Assembly: GCA_965277805.1 (NCBI GenBank)
Contig: OZ255842.1
Span: 2,264,894 to 2,328,893 of the forward strand
Direction: 5' to 3'
From: Candidatus Lustribacter sp.
GTDB taxonomy: Bacteria > Vulcanimicrobiota > Vulcanimicrobiia > Vulcanimicrobiales > Vulcanimicrobiaceae
Length of the DNA stretch: 64,000 bases
Position numbers and translations under genes: made by a program. Shown in pieces: positions 55,257 through 63,530 of this stretch. The notes under the pieces were generated by a model that was not told where the DNA came from, did no database searches, and saw only the letters and a program-made list of their open reading frames with translations. The stretch's first letter is position 1; each line of letters begins with the position of its first letter.

Positions 55257-56241
55257 CCCGATGAAGACGTTCACCATCGCCGTCAATCCTTATCCCCACG
55301 TGGCTGCTCTGAGGGACGGGCGCATCGCGCCTGCGGGGGCGAAGCTCGATTTCATCGAGGTCAACCCGATGATCGCGGCCTATCGCAAGATGGTTCGCAA
55401 TCTCGAATACGATATTTGTGAAGTCGCGGTCACGACGTACGTCGTCGCGAAGGCCTTCAACAAAGGGTTCACCGCCCTCCCGATCCCGCTCAACCATCTG
55501 TTCCATTTCGGCGATATCCAAGTCGGACTGGACACGGGCATCAACGCACCGGCCGACTTGGTCGGCAAGCGGGTCGGCGTGCGAGCCTACACCGTGACGA
55601 CCGGCGTTTGGGTGCGCGGCATCCTGCAGAGCGAATACGGGGTCGACCCGGCGAAGATCACCTGGATTACCGACGACGAAGAGCACGTAGAGGAATTCAT
55701 CGCACCGCCCAACGTGCTGGCGTCGGAGGGCGTGAGCCTGGTCGATCTCTTTCAAGAGGGCAAGATCGATGCGGCGTTTTCCGGCCGGGCCGGACTCGGC
55801 CGTTCGGGCGCGCCGCGCGAGGGCTGGGAAAAAGGGAATGCCGCGACGCCCGCCGTCCTGTCGACGCGCGAGTTTCGCGCTCTCTTTCCGAATGCCGGCG
55901 AACTCGACGCCGCATGGTTCAAACGCACCGGAATCTACCCGATGCACGGGGTGGTGTGTTTGCGCGACTCCGTCATCGCAACAAACCCGGACCTGCCACG
56001 CGCCCTTTTCGACGCGTTCACGCGCGCCAAGGACGAATATCTCGCCGCCCTTGCCAAACGCGGCCCGCAAGATGCCGAAGACAAAAAATGGCTCGGCATG
56101 CAAGAGATCGTCGGAGCTGACCCGCTACCATACGGGCTTCAGGCCAATATCAAGACGATCGACGCGCTCATCGATTTCGCGTTGAAGCAAAAGCTGATCT
56201 CGAAGCGCTACGCACCCGAAGAACTCTTTTACCCCATCTGA
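55249..56241 (+). CDS. PhtD (4,5-dihydroxyphthalate decarboxylase)-like leaderless PBP-fold protein
   Basis: 330 aa with no signal peptide. It has ..DLVGKRVGVRAYTVTTGVWVRGILQSEYGVD..TGIYPMHG... It overlaps the permease stop by 8 nt. Confidence 0.7.
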   Translation: MNSPMKTFTIAVNPYPHVAALRDGRIAPAGAKLDFIEVNPMIAAYRKMVRNLEYDICEVAVTTYVVAKAFNKGFTALPIPLNHLFHFGDIQVGLDTGINAPADLVGKRVGVRAYTVTTGVWVRGILQSEYGVDPAKITWITDDEEHVEEFIAPPNVLASEGVSLVDLFQEGKIDAAFSGRAGLGRSGAPREGWEKGNAATPAVLSTREFRALFPNAGELDAAWFKRTGIYPMHGVVCLRDSVIATNPDLPRALFDAFTRAKDEYLAALAKRGPQDAEDKKWLGMQEIVGADPLPYGLQANIKTIDALIDFALKQKLISKRYAPEELFYPI

Positions 56242-56263
56242 ATCCAGAACAGGAACCGATCTC

Positions 56264-57211
56264 ATGGCTGAAACCAAAACGCTTACGCTCAAAACCTTAC
56301 TCGACACGTATGGCCATACGCAGGCAATCAAAGACGGCACGCTGATCTCGCCGCGGCTGGCGTTTGATTTCGTCGACATCAAGCCGGTTAGCAGCGGGTT
56401 CGGGAACATGGCCGAACATCAAGAATTCGATTTTTCCGAGATGGCGATCGTTACGTTCATTCAAGCTCTCGCGCTCGGCAAGCCGATCTCATTGCTGCCG
56501 GCGGTGATGCTGAACCGCTTTCATCACGGTTCGATCGTAAAAAAGACCGGCGGTACCGTTAGCGGGCCGAGGGATCTCAACGGCAAGAAGATCGGGGTTC
56601 GGGCATACACGCAGACGACCGGCGTGTGGGTCCGCGGCATTCTGGGCGCGGAGTACGGGGTGGACCTCGACAGCATCACCAACGTCACCAATGAAGGCGG
56701 GCACCTCAAAGACTACGTGGAGCCGAAGAATGTCGTGCGTTCGCCGGGCGGGAAAAAAATGCTCGACATGCTCCTCGACGGCGACATCGATGCCTGGATC
56801 GCCGGCCGCGAAGCGCCGAAAACTCCAGCCATTGAGCCGCTGATTCCCAACGCGAGCGAAGCTGCGCTCGAATGGTTCGCGCGGGTCCAGGCCTTCCCGA
56901 TCAACCACATGGTGGTGCTCAAAAACTCGACGATCGACGCGAACCCGTGGCTGCCGGCCGAGTTATTCGGCCTGCTCAAAAGCGGTAAAGCCGCTTATCT
57001 GGCCGATCTCAAGACGCGCCCGGCGACCGATCCCGACGAAGAGTACCGCAAGAAGCTGCTGATGGCCGGCGGCGATCCGCTACCGTTCGGCATCGAGGCG
57101 TTGCGCAAGTCGCTGACGGTCGTGATCGACTATGCGTTGGCCCAGAAGCTGATTCCGCGCCGCTATAGCGTCGACGAACTGTTCGATCCGCGCACGCGGG
57201 ACCTGGCTTGA
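56264..57211 (+). CDS. PhtD-like leaderless PBP-fold protein (tandem paralogue)
   Basis: 315 aa with AGGAA upstream. It has ..DLNGKKIGVRAYTQTTGVWVRGILGAEYGVD..FPINHMV... Confidence 0.7.
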   Translation: MAETKTLTLKTLLDTYGHTQAIKDGTLISPRLAFDFVDIKPVSSGFGNMAEHQEFDFSEMAIVTFIQALALGKPISLLPAVMLNRFHHGSIVKKTGGTVSGPRDLNGKKIGVRAYTQTTGVWVRGILGAEYGVDLDSITNVTNEGGHLKDYVEPKNVVRSPGGKKMLDMLLDGDIDAWIAGREAPKTPAIEPLIPNASEAALEWFARVQAFPINHMVVLKNSTIDANPWLPAELFGLLKSGKAAYLADLKTRPATDPDEEYRKKLLMAGGDPLPFGIEALRKSLTVVIDYALAQKLIPRRYSVDELFDPRTRDLA

Positions 57212-58161
57212 ACAAGCGCGCATTCCTCAGTTTGACCGCCGGTGCCGCGGGCGGAGCGCTGCTCCCTGCGCGCTCCGGCGTGCGCGCGCAAGAGAACCCG
57301 ACGATTCGTATCGGCACGCTCATTTCGGATAACGCCGCGGTGCCGCTCTACGGCGTCGATACGAACATGTTTGCACAAGCCGGGCTGAACGTCGTCGTGC
57401 AGCCATTCACGAACTACGGCGCGCTTCAAGGGGCGATCGCCGGCAAGGCACTCGATGTGGGCATCCTCGATACGCTTGCTGCCGCCGTCGGCGCGTCGCG
57501 TGGGATTCCGTTCACGATCTTCGCCGCGGCGTCGACGCAGATCGCAAAAACGCCGACGATGTTATTATGCGTAGCCAAAGCCTCACCATTGCGGTCGGGG
57601 CGGGAACTCGAGGGCAAAACGATCGCGGTCGCGAGCCTCGGCGGCTCGGCCGAAGCGACGCTGCGGGCATGGCTCGGGAAAGAGGGCGTCGAGCAGAACA
57701 AATTTGGGTTGATCGAACTGCCGCTGCCGCAAATGGCTCCGGCGCTCGAACGCGGCACGGTCGCCGCCGCCGAAATCTTTGAGCCCGCGCTCACCGTTGC
57801 GCGACTCGCCGGCGCCCGTCCGTTCGGGCGCGTCTACGATGCGGTCGCACCGCAATTCTATCCCAACGTTTGGGTTACGACCACCGAGTACGTCCAAGCC
57901 AACGGCCCGCTGATGAAGCGGCTCGCCGCAACGGTCTACAAGATCGCCGCTTGGGCCAACGCACATCAACGCGAGTCCGGCGCGATCCTCATGAAGTATT
58001 CCAAGCTCGATCCGGAGGTCGTCGCCGCGATGACGCGCACCCAGTACAGCACGTCCCTCGAGCCCAAACTACTTCAGCCCCTAATTGAGGTTGGGGCGAA
58101 GTTCGGCATGCTGGCCGCGCCGATGAACGGGGCAATGCTGATCGCACCCGGTTTTCACTAG
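57208..58161 (+). CDS. Secreted NMT1/SsuA-like substrate-binding protein
   Basis: The TTG start forms a TTGA overlap. The signal is MNKRAFLSLTAGAAGGALLPARSGVRAQ. It has ASPLRSGRELEGKTIAV. Confidence 0.8.
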   Translation: MNKRAFLSLTAGAAGGALLPARSGVRAQENPTIRIGTLISDNAAVPLYGVDTNMFAQAGLNVVVQPFTNYGALQGAIAGKALDVGILDTLAAAVGASRGIPFTIFAAASTQIAKTPTMLLCVAKASPLRSGRELEGKTIAVASLGGSAEATLRAWLGKEGVEQNKFGLIELPLPQMAPALERGTVAAAEIFEPALTVARLAGARPFGRVYDAVAPQFYPNVWVTTTEYVQANGPLMKRLAATVYKIAAWANAHQRESGAILMKYSKLDPEVVAAMTRTQYSTSLEPKLLQPLIEVGAKFGMLAAPMNGAMLIAPGFH

Positions 58162-58178
58162 CGAGGAGTACCGCTACC

Positions 58179-58925
58179 ATGAGTGCCGAGAAGCCCGCGC
58201 CGCGCAGTCCGTGGTCCTACATTCAGCCCTGGGACATTGATTCGATCGCGGTCGATATTCAGGATGAAGAACAGCGTCGCGGTTGGATGCGCGCGATGTT
58301 CGTTGCAGGCGGACTACCCTACATGTGGCGCGAGCTGGCGCAACCGATGCGTGACGTGGTGTACGGCCTGCTGGAACTTAGGGCGGAAGACCGCGTGCTC
58401 ATGATCGGCGAAGGCGTCGAGCCGTGCGGCTTTGCCGATGACATCCGGAAGCGCATCGGCCAGAACGGCGTGCTCGACGTCTTCGAGATTATTCGCGACG
58501 GCCGCGCCGCAGTTCAGACGCGGAAGATCGGCCGCAACGGCAAGATCGGCTGCTGGCGCTGGGAGTATGCGAGCGGCGTGCCCGATAACACGTATGACGC
58601 GGTGGCCGTCATGCAATCGGCCCAACACTGCGACGATTGGAACGAAACGGGCGCCGAACTCGTTCGCGTGTTACGTCCCGGCAGAATGATCGTTTCGGCT
58701 GAAATGTGCCTCGACGGCGATCGCTTCACCGGTCGGGTAAACGCCGACGTCCATATCCGGCAGTGGTACGACAAGATGTTTCCCGGCGGGCGCAGCGAGA
58801 TTTCCAATTACAGTGGCGAAGAGCTGCTGGCCTTGATCGGCCCGCACGTTAGCGGCGGACAGTGTATGGATTGGCGCGGCATCGAAGTGTTCTGGGGCCG
58901 GAAAGCCGCCCACGACCCCGTCTAG
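58179..58925 (+). CDS. Class I methyltransferase-fold protein with atypical SAM loop (function unknown)
   Basis: 248 aa. The motif I-like segment RVLMIGEGVEPCG is followed by an acidic beta-2 end (LDVFEI), then ..YDAVAVMQSAQH.. and LVRVLRPGRMIV. The Gly-rich loop is non-canonical. Confidence 0.45.
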   Translation: MSAEKPAPRSPWSYIQPWDIDSIAVDIQDEEQRRGWMRAMFVAGGLPYMWRELAQPMRDVVYGLLELRAEDRVLMIGEGVEPCGFADDIRKRIGQNGVLDVFEIIRDGRAAVQTRKIGRNGKIGCWRWEYASGVPDNTYDAVAVMQSAQHCDDWNETGAELVRVLRPGRMIVSAEMCLDGDRFTGRVNADVHIRQWYDKMFPGGRSEISNYSGEELLALIGPHVSGGQCMDWRGIEVFWGRKAAHDPV

Positions 58926-59881
58926 GCGATGATATCCTGTGCCGGAAAACTCTTTGGGATGACCTGATATTTGGCCGAAGCATCGATGACCGGCTGGATA
59001 TCGCGCGGTTCGAGACCCGAAAAATAATGCGAACGCGGACCGCGTGCGATCGCCGCAGCGTCGACGCCGGTATACTTCGCAAGAATCGGAGCCGTTTCCC
59101 GAGGATGCGCGTTACTGTATGCCGTCGCTTTTGCCAAGGCGGTGGCGAAGGCCCGAATGGTAGCAGAATTTTTTTGCGCATAGCCGGGAGTCGAAATCCA
59201 CGCTGCGGCGAGGTAGCGCGATGCAATGCCTTGCGATGGATCACCCAACGTCCGGCACAGGCCACTATCCAAGAGATTCGAAAGCAGCGGAAGGCCCACG
59301 CCGGCAGCGTCGATCCGGCCGGCGTCGAGGCCGGGGCCGATACCCGGACCGTTTAGCTCGGTGAATTGGACCGTCTCCGAGCGACCCCCGGTCTGATCGA
59401 CCCAGCGCCGGATGTTAACGTACATCTCGCTCTGGAGCGCCGGTACGGCGATGATTTTGCCACCCAAATCGGCTGGGTGCTGATACAGCGCGCCCGCCTT
59501 TACGACGAGGCCGGTCGTGATCGGATCCGCCTTGTCGTAGATTACTGCGCCCGCAACAAGCGTCAACGGAATACTGTGCGTGTGAGCCGTCAGCAGGGAG
59601 AACAAACTCGACAGCCCGATGTCGAGCGACCCGCCGATGATGGCCGCCGCAACGGCCGAACCGCTGGGGATCACCTCAATCGATACGTCGAGTCCGGCAT
59701 CGGCGAACAGCCCCGCGGCCTGCGCGTAGACGGCCGGTGTCGCGGGATCGAAGTTCAAGATTCCGAGGCGTACGTGACCTTCAGCCGCGATCGCAGGCCG
59801 GCGCGGACCAAGCGCGGCGACGCCCATCGGCAGCGCTGCCAGACCGGCGATCACATTGCGGCGGCTGTGCAAGCTTCTCAT
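58922..59881 (-). CDS. Secreted (Tat-type signal) NMT1/SsuA-like substrate-binding protein
   Basis: 319 aa with the twin-arginine-like signal MRSLHSRRNVIAGLAALPMGVAALG. It has the PBP pattern ..PADLGGKIIAV..WVDQTGGRSETVQFTEL. It forms an ATGA overlap with the upstream hydrolase. Confidence 0.8.
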   Translation of the reverse strand: MRSLHSRRNVIAGLAALPMGVAALGPRRPAIAAEGHVRLGILNFDPATPAVYAQAAGLFADAGLDVSIEVIPSGSAVAAAIIGGSLDIGLSSLFSLLTAHTHSIPLTLVAGAVIYDKADPITTGLVVKAGALYQHPADLGGKIIAVPALQSEMYVNIRRWVDQTGGRSETVQFTELNGPGIGPGLDAGRIDAAGVGLPLLSNLLDSGLCRTLGDPSQGIASRYLAAAWISTPGYAQKNSATIRAFATALAKATAYSNAHPRETAPILAKYTGVDAAAIARGPRSHYFSGLEPRDIQPVIDASAKYQVIPKSFPAQDIIA

Positions 59882-60753
59882 GCGCTGGCGAGAGCTTTCT
59901 TTTGAATCAAGTCATCGACGATCTGAGCGACCTTCTCGGGCTGATCGGTCTGCGCTTGGTGCCCGGCCTGCGGTATCCAGTGGAATTTTACATCCGGAAG
60001 AATCGCTTCGAGTTTTTTGCCGAGTTCCGGCGGTGCGAAGATATCGTCGTGGCCCCAGATGAAAACGGTCGGGATTGCCTTCGCCAAGAGCGGTAACGTT
60101 TCGCGCATATCAAAGCTTGCGAACAACAACGGGTTGTTGCGTACGGCAGCGATGGATTTGTCGGAGGCCGCGAACGCGTCCATTGCGCCCGGGCGCGTCG
60201 CGGAGGCTTGACGCAAGTCGATCAGCGCGTCGGTCACCACCTCCGGCCGCGCGCATAGACCTTTCATGAGCCGTTCCATTCCGGCCCGCGTTCCATCATA
60301 GCCTTGAAGAAGTTTCATCCCCTCGGTTTGGCCGAGCGGGATGCCGAGCGCCGAACCGATGGTGAGGCTCGATAGCAGGACGACGTTTTCGACGCGGTCC
60401 GGATGGGTGATCGCATAGCGCGCGACACACCATGCTCCTTGAGAGTTCCCGAGCAGCGTCGCTTTCTCGATGCAAAGCGTCTCGAGGAACGCAGCAGCAT
60501 GATCGACGCGGCTCTGCAAGCCGTCGTGCAACGGAACCGGATCGGTAAGACCGTACGCTCCGACGGAGTCGAGCCCGATGACGCGGTAGCGGTCGCCGAG
60601 CAACTCGAAGAGCCGGCCGAGGCCCGCGGCTCCGGACGAGCCGTGGCCGCCGCCGTGCATGCCCAGGATCACCGGACCGTCGCCGCCGCTCTCGGTGTAA
60701 TGCGTCTTGACCCCGTTGACCATGACGAACCGGGACCTGCGTTCTGCAGTCAT
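59878..60753 (-). CDS. Alpha/beta hydrolase, meta-cleavage-product hydrolase (BphD/MhpC)-like
   Basis: I chose the ATG at 60753 (GGAG 6 nt upstream) over the TTG at 60780, which lies inside motif R1. It has VNGVKTHYTESG, the oxyanion region GMHGGG, the nucleophile elbow GNSQG and GHQAQ near the C-terminus. Confidence 0.85.
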   Translation of the reverse strand: MTAERRSRFVMVNGVKTHYTESGGDGPVILGMHGGGHGSSGAAGLGRLFELLGDRYRVIGLDSVGAYGLTDPVPLHDGLQSRVDHAAAFLETLCIEKATLLGNSQGAWCVARYAITHPDRVENVVLLSSLTIGSALGIPLGQTEGMKLLQGYDGTRAGMERLMKGLCARPEVVTDALIDLRQASATRPGAMDAFAASDKSIAAVRNNPLLFASFDMRETLPLLAKAIPTVFIWGHDDIFAPPELGKKLEAILPDVKFHWIPQAGHQAQTDQPEKVAQIVDDLIQKKALASA

Positions 60754-60779
60754 TATCGCTCCATTCTCGGGCTTTTGCA

Positions 60780-60797
60780 AACGAAATCATATTTTAA
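60780..60797 (+). promoter_or_regulatory. Copy R1 of the conserved AT-rich motif AACGAAAT-N4-TTTTAA
   Basis: AACGAAATCATATTTTAA differs at one position (inside N4) from R2, which starts 84 bp downstream. It lies in the 155-bp divergent region between the hydrolase and amidohydrolase genes. Confidence 0.45.
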
Positions 60798-60863
60798 TCA
60801 ACTAGGCAACCCCTCCTGGCGGGAAGAACGGCAGGGGTGTCCGCGCGAACGGTCAAACTTTAT

Positions 60864-60881
60864 AACGAAATGATATTTTAA
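60864..60881 (+). promoter_or_regulatory. Copy R2 of the conserved AT-rich motif AACGAAAT-N4-TTTTAA
   Basis: AACGAAATGATATTTTAA lies 27 nt upstream of the GTG at 60909. Confidence 0.45.
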
Positions 60882-60908
60882 CATCGTGGATCAAGAAAGG
60901 GAACGCCG

Positions 60909-62066
60909 GTGAGAGCTGGACATCGCGTCTGGGACGCCGACACGCACGTACGCCCAACGCTCGAAACCCTCGAACCTTACTACGACCCGGCTTTGCGCGC
61001 GCGAGTCGGTGAACTGGAAGACTACAAAGATGAGGTGATCGGCACCGAGCGCGTCACGCGCAAGGTGGGCAATCACGATTACACCTTCCCCGGCTACCTC
61101 GTCTTCCGGCGTACTCTTGGATACGATGTTCGCGATTCGGTGCCGCAGCGCGGCAGCGGCAAGAAGTTCATGGGCACCGAAGCCCCGAGCGCCAACACCG
61201 AAGACGACGACCCGGACGCACGTCTGCGTGATATGGACCGCGAAGGTGTCGACGTACAGTTGCTCGTGCCCGGTCAGCCCAACCCGGTTGGACTAACCGA
61301 CTTGGAGTTGCAGCTCGGCTTCGTGCGCGCATTCAACCGCTACGTCGCGGACTTCGCGTCCAAGGCTCCCGAACGGCTGAAGGTGCTCCTACCGGTGCTC
61401 GGCACCGCTCCCGAGGCCTGCGCCCAAGAGATTCGGCGTTACGCCGGCCAGCGCTGGATGGTCGGGGTGTGGCCGGTCGTCGGTAACGATCTACCGCTCG
61501 ATCATCCGTCGCTGGCACCGATTTGGGAAGCGTGCGATGAAGCGGGGCTCGCCGTCGTGCACCACTCGCTGTCGAACGTCGCGCCCTACTTCCCCGGCTA
61601 TCGCGATCTCTGGGATAGCCGCACGCTCGGACGCGCCGCATCGCATCCGTGGGGTGCGATGCGCGCGCTCGGCGCCTTCCTCGGCGGCGGTTTGCTCGAA
61701 AAGTATCAAAACTTGCGTTTCGGTATCCTCGAGAGCGGGTGCGGCTGGTTGCCGTTCTGGGCGCGACGCGTCGACGATCAAATCGAGTATCTCGGCGGCG
61801 CTGCCCCGTTAAAGGAAACGGTCGAGGAGCAGATGCGCGGGGGCCGCTTCTTCGCAAGCTTGGAGATGGCGGAAAAGGAAGACATGGTGAAGATGGTCGT
61901 CGATTTTCTCGGCGACGGCGTCCTCATGTACGCTTCCGACTATCCGCATCCGGAATGCCGCTATCCCGAATCGGTCGACACGTTCCTGGGCTGGTCGACG
62001 ATGTCGGAGAGCCTGAAAAATAAGTTGCTCTGGGAGAACGCGGTGAAGTTCTACGGTGAACCATAA
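60909..62066 (+). CDS. Amidohydrolase_2-family metal-dependent hydrolase/decarboxylase
   Basis: The GTG start has AGGGA upstream; the product is 385 aa. It has the N-terminal WDADTHV motif, ..VVHHS.. and ASDYPHPE near the C-terminus. Confidence 0.8.
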   Translation: MRAGHRVWDADTHVRPTLETLEPYYDPALRARVGELEDYKDEVIGTERVTRKVGNHDYTFPGYLVFRRTLGYDVRDSVPQRGSGKKFMGTEAPSANTEDDDPDARLRDMDREGVDVQLLVPGQPNPVGLTDLELQLGFVRAFNRYVADFASKAPERLKVLLPVLGTAPEACAQEIRRYAGQRWMVGVWPVVGNDLPLDHPSLAPIWEACDEAGLAVVHHSLSNVAPYFPGYRDLWDSRTLGRAASHPWGAMRALGAFLGGGLLEKYQNLRFGILESGCGWLPFWARRVDDQIEYLGGAAPLKETVEEQMRGGRFFASLEMAEKEDMVKMVVDFLGDGVLMYASDYPHPECRYPESVDTFLGWSTMSESLKNKLLWENAVKFYGEP

Positions 62067-62079
62067 CGTGGAGTCGACG

Positions 62080-62421
62080 ATGACTCGCGTTTTCTCACTG
62101 GAGCAATTGCCGCCCGGAATGGCTCGAATGGAACCCATTGGCGAACAGTACATCGCCTTCTTCAACATCGACGGCACGATCTACGCCGTCGACGACACCT
62201 GCCCGCATCTCGGCGGCCCGCTACACGATGGAAACGTCGACCCCGACGAGCTGCTTGTCACCTGCCCGCTTCATAACTGGCGCTTCAGTCTCTGCGACGG
62301 CACGATGCGTCCGGGGCGGCGGCGCATTGCGACATACGATGTCGAGATCCGGGACGGTAATGTCTACGTTAATACCGCGCCGCGACCCGTGGTCCCGGCC
62401 GATCAGCCCCCAGCGCCCTAG
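62080..62421 (+). CDS. Small Rieske [2Fe-2S] protein (ferredoxin/NirD-like)
   Basis: The ATG at 62080 has GGAG 6 nt upstream. The Rieske motif is CPHLGGPLHDG..x..CPLHNWRF. Confidence 0.8.
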   Translation: MTRVFSLEQLPPGMARMEPIGEQYIAFFNIDGTIYAVDDTCPHLGGPLHDGNVDPDELLVTCPLHNWRFSLCDGTMRPGRRRIATYDVEIRDGNVYVNTAPRPVVPADQPPAP

Positions 62422-63530
62422 TTCGACGGAACCTTCTGCTTGGCCGCCGAGCCGACGATGTGCGAGACGCTTCCGATGCCGTCCGCTTTCAGCAGAGCGA
62501 GCAATTCTTCGTTCACCCGGCGAGCCAGCGACGGGCCCTGAAAGATCAGCGCCGTCACGAACTGGACGAGGCTCGCGCCGGCCTTCAACGCAGCGTACGC
62601 GTCGTGCCCGGAGCGAATGCCGCCCGACGCGATGAGCGCATAGCGCGCCGGATCGGCGCGCACGTACCACTCGCGTACGGACTCGAGCATCGCCGGAAGG
62701 CCGAGCGCCGGGCTCGATAGCGACCCCGTCAACGCTTCCCATGTCGATGCAGGCGTGTTGAGCCCCACGTACGGGCGCGCGCTGATCGTGTTGACCCGAA
62801 AACCGCGCACAAACGGGAAATCGTCCGTGACGCGCAGCACCGATTCGATCGCATCGAACGGAACGCGGATCTTGATGAACACCGGCGGCAAACTGCCGGT
62901 TGCGCCGATCGCCTCCAACAGGCGCCGCAAATTGTCCATGCGCGCAAGCGGATGCACGCCCGGCGCGTTCGCGCATTCCGCGCTGATGGCGAGAAAGCGC
63001 CCCAGCGGAGCAAACGTCGCGGCCGCTGATGCTAATTCGGCGATCACCTCAGCCGGCTCAACGGGGCGGCCCGTGTTCGTCTCGACGATGTTCACGCCCA
63101 ACGGCACTGCGCTGTCGGCAAGTGCGACGCGGCGCGCCACGACCTCGGCCCCGTCGTTGGGCACACCGTAGTTCACGATTACCGCTTCGTCCGCCGGCAG
63201 ACGGAACACGCGCGGCCGCGCCGGATTGCCCGCCGACGGCCAACGTGAAACCGAACCGATCTCGAGAAAGCCGAAGCCCATGCGCGAGAGCAGCGCGATG
63301 CCCTCGCCGCTCTTGTCATAGCCGGCGCCCAAACCGACCGGGTTCGGGAACCTGATCCCGGCCACGTCCGTCACCAAGCGCGCATCCTGCGGCGCACCCC
63401 AACGCTTTTGCGCGAACGCGCGCGCCGCGGGAACGCGTCCCGCGAGCGCGCTCGCCTGCATGGCGAGATGATGCGCCCGTTCCGGATCGAGCCGGAACAG
63501 GATCGGCTTGACGTGACGGTAGAGGCTCAT
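62418..63530 (-). CDS. Dihydroorotate dehydrogenase (class 2-like) family flavoenzyme, divergent paralogue
   Basis: 370 aa. It aligns along its whole length with recalled E. coli PyrD: LFRLDPERAH, NPVGLGAGYDKSGE, FLEIGSV, KIRVP, SGGI and GASLVQF..IFQGP. The catalytic-loop region reads ISAECANAPG instead of NISSPNTPG. It forms an ATGA overlap with the upstream SBP gene. Confidence 0.85.
   Translation of the reverse strand: MSLYRHVKPILFRLDPERAHHLAMQASALAGRVPAARAFAQKRWGAPQDARLVTDVAGIRFPNPVGLGAGYDKSGEGIALLSRMGFGFLEIGSVSRWPSAGNPARPRVFRLPADEAVIVNYGVPNDGAEVVARRVALADSAVPLGVNIVETNTGRPVEPAEVIAELASAAATFAPLGRFLAISAECANAPGVHPLARMDNLRRLLEAIGATGSLPPVFIKIRVPFDAIESVLRVTDDFPFVRGFRVNTISARPYVGLNTPASTWEALTGSLSSPALGLPAMLESVREWYVRADPARYALIASGGIRSGHDAYAALKAGASLVQFVTALIFQGPSLARRVNEELLALLKADGIGSVSHIVGSAAKQKVPSN

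Noticed and set aside
62418-63530. Calling this gene housekeeping pyrD.
   Set aside because: It has a divergent catalytic loop (Cys for Ser) and divergent substrate-contact segments. It is ATGA-coupled to an SBP gene inside a catabolic island. I kept it as a DHODH-family paralogue, pending a genome-wide check for a canonical pyrD.
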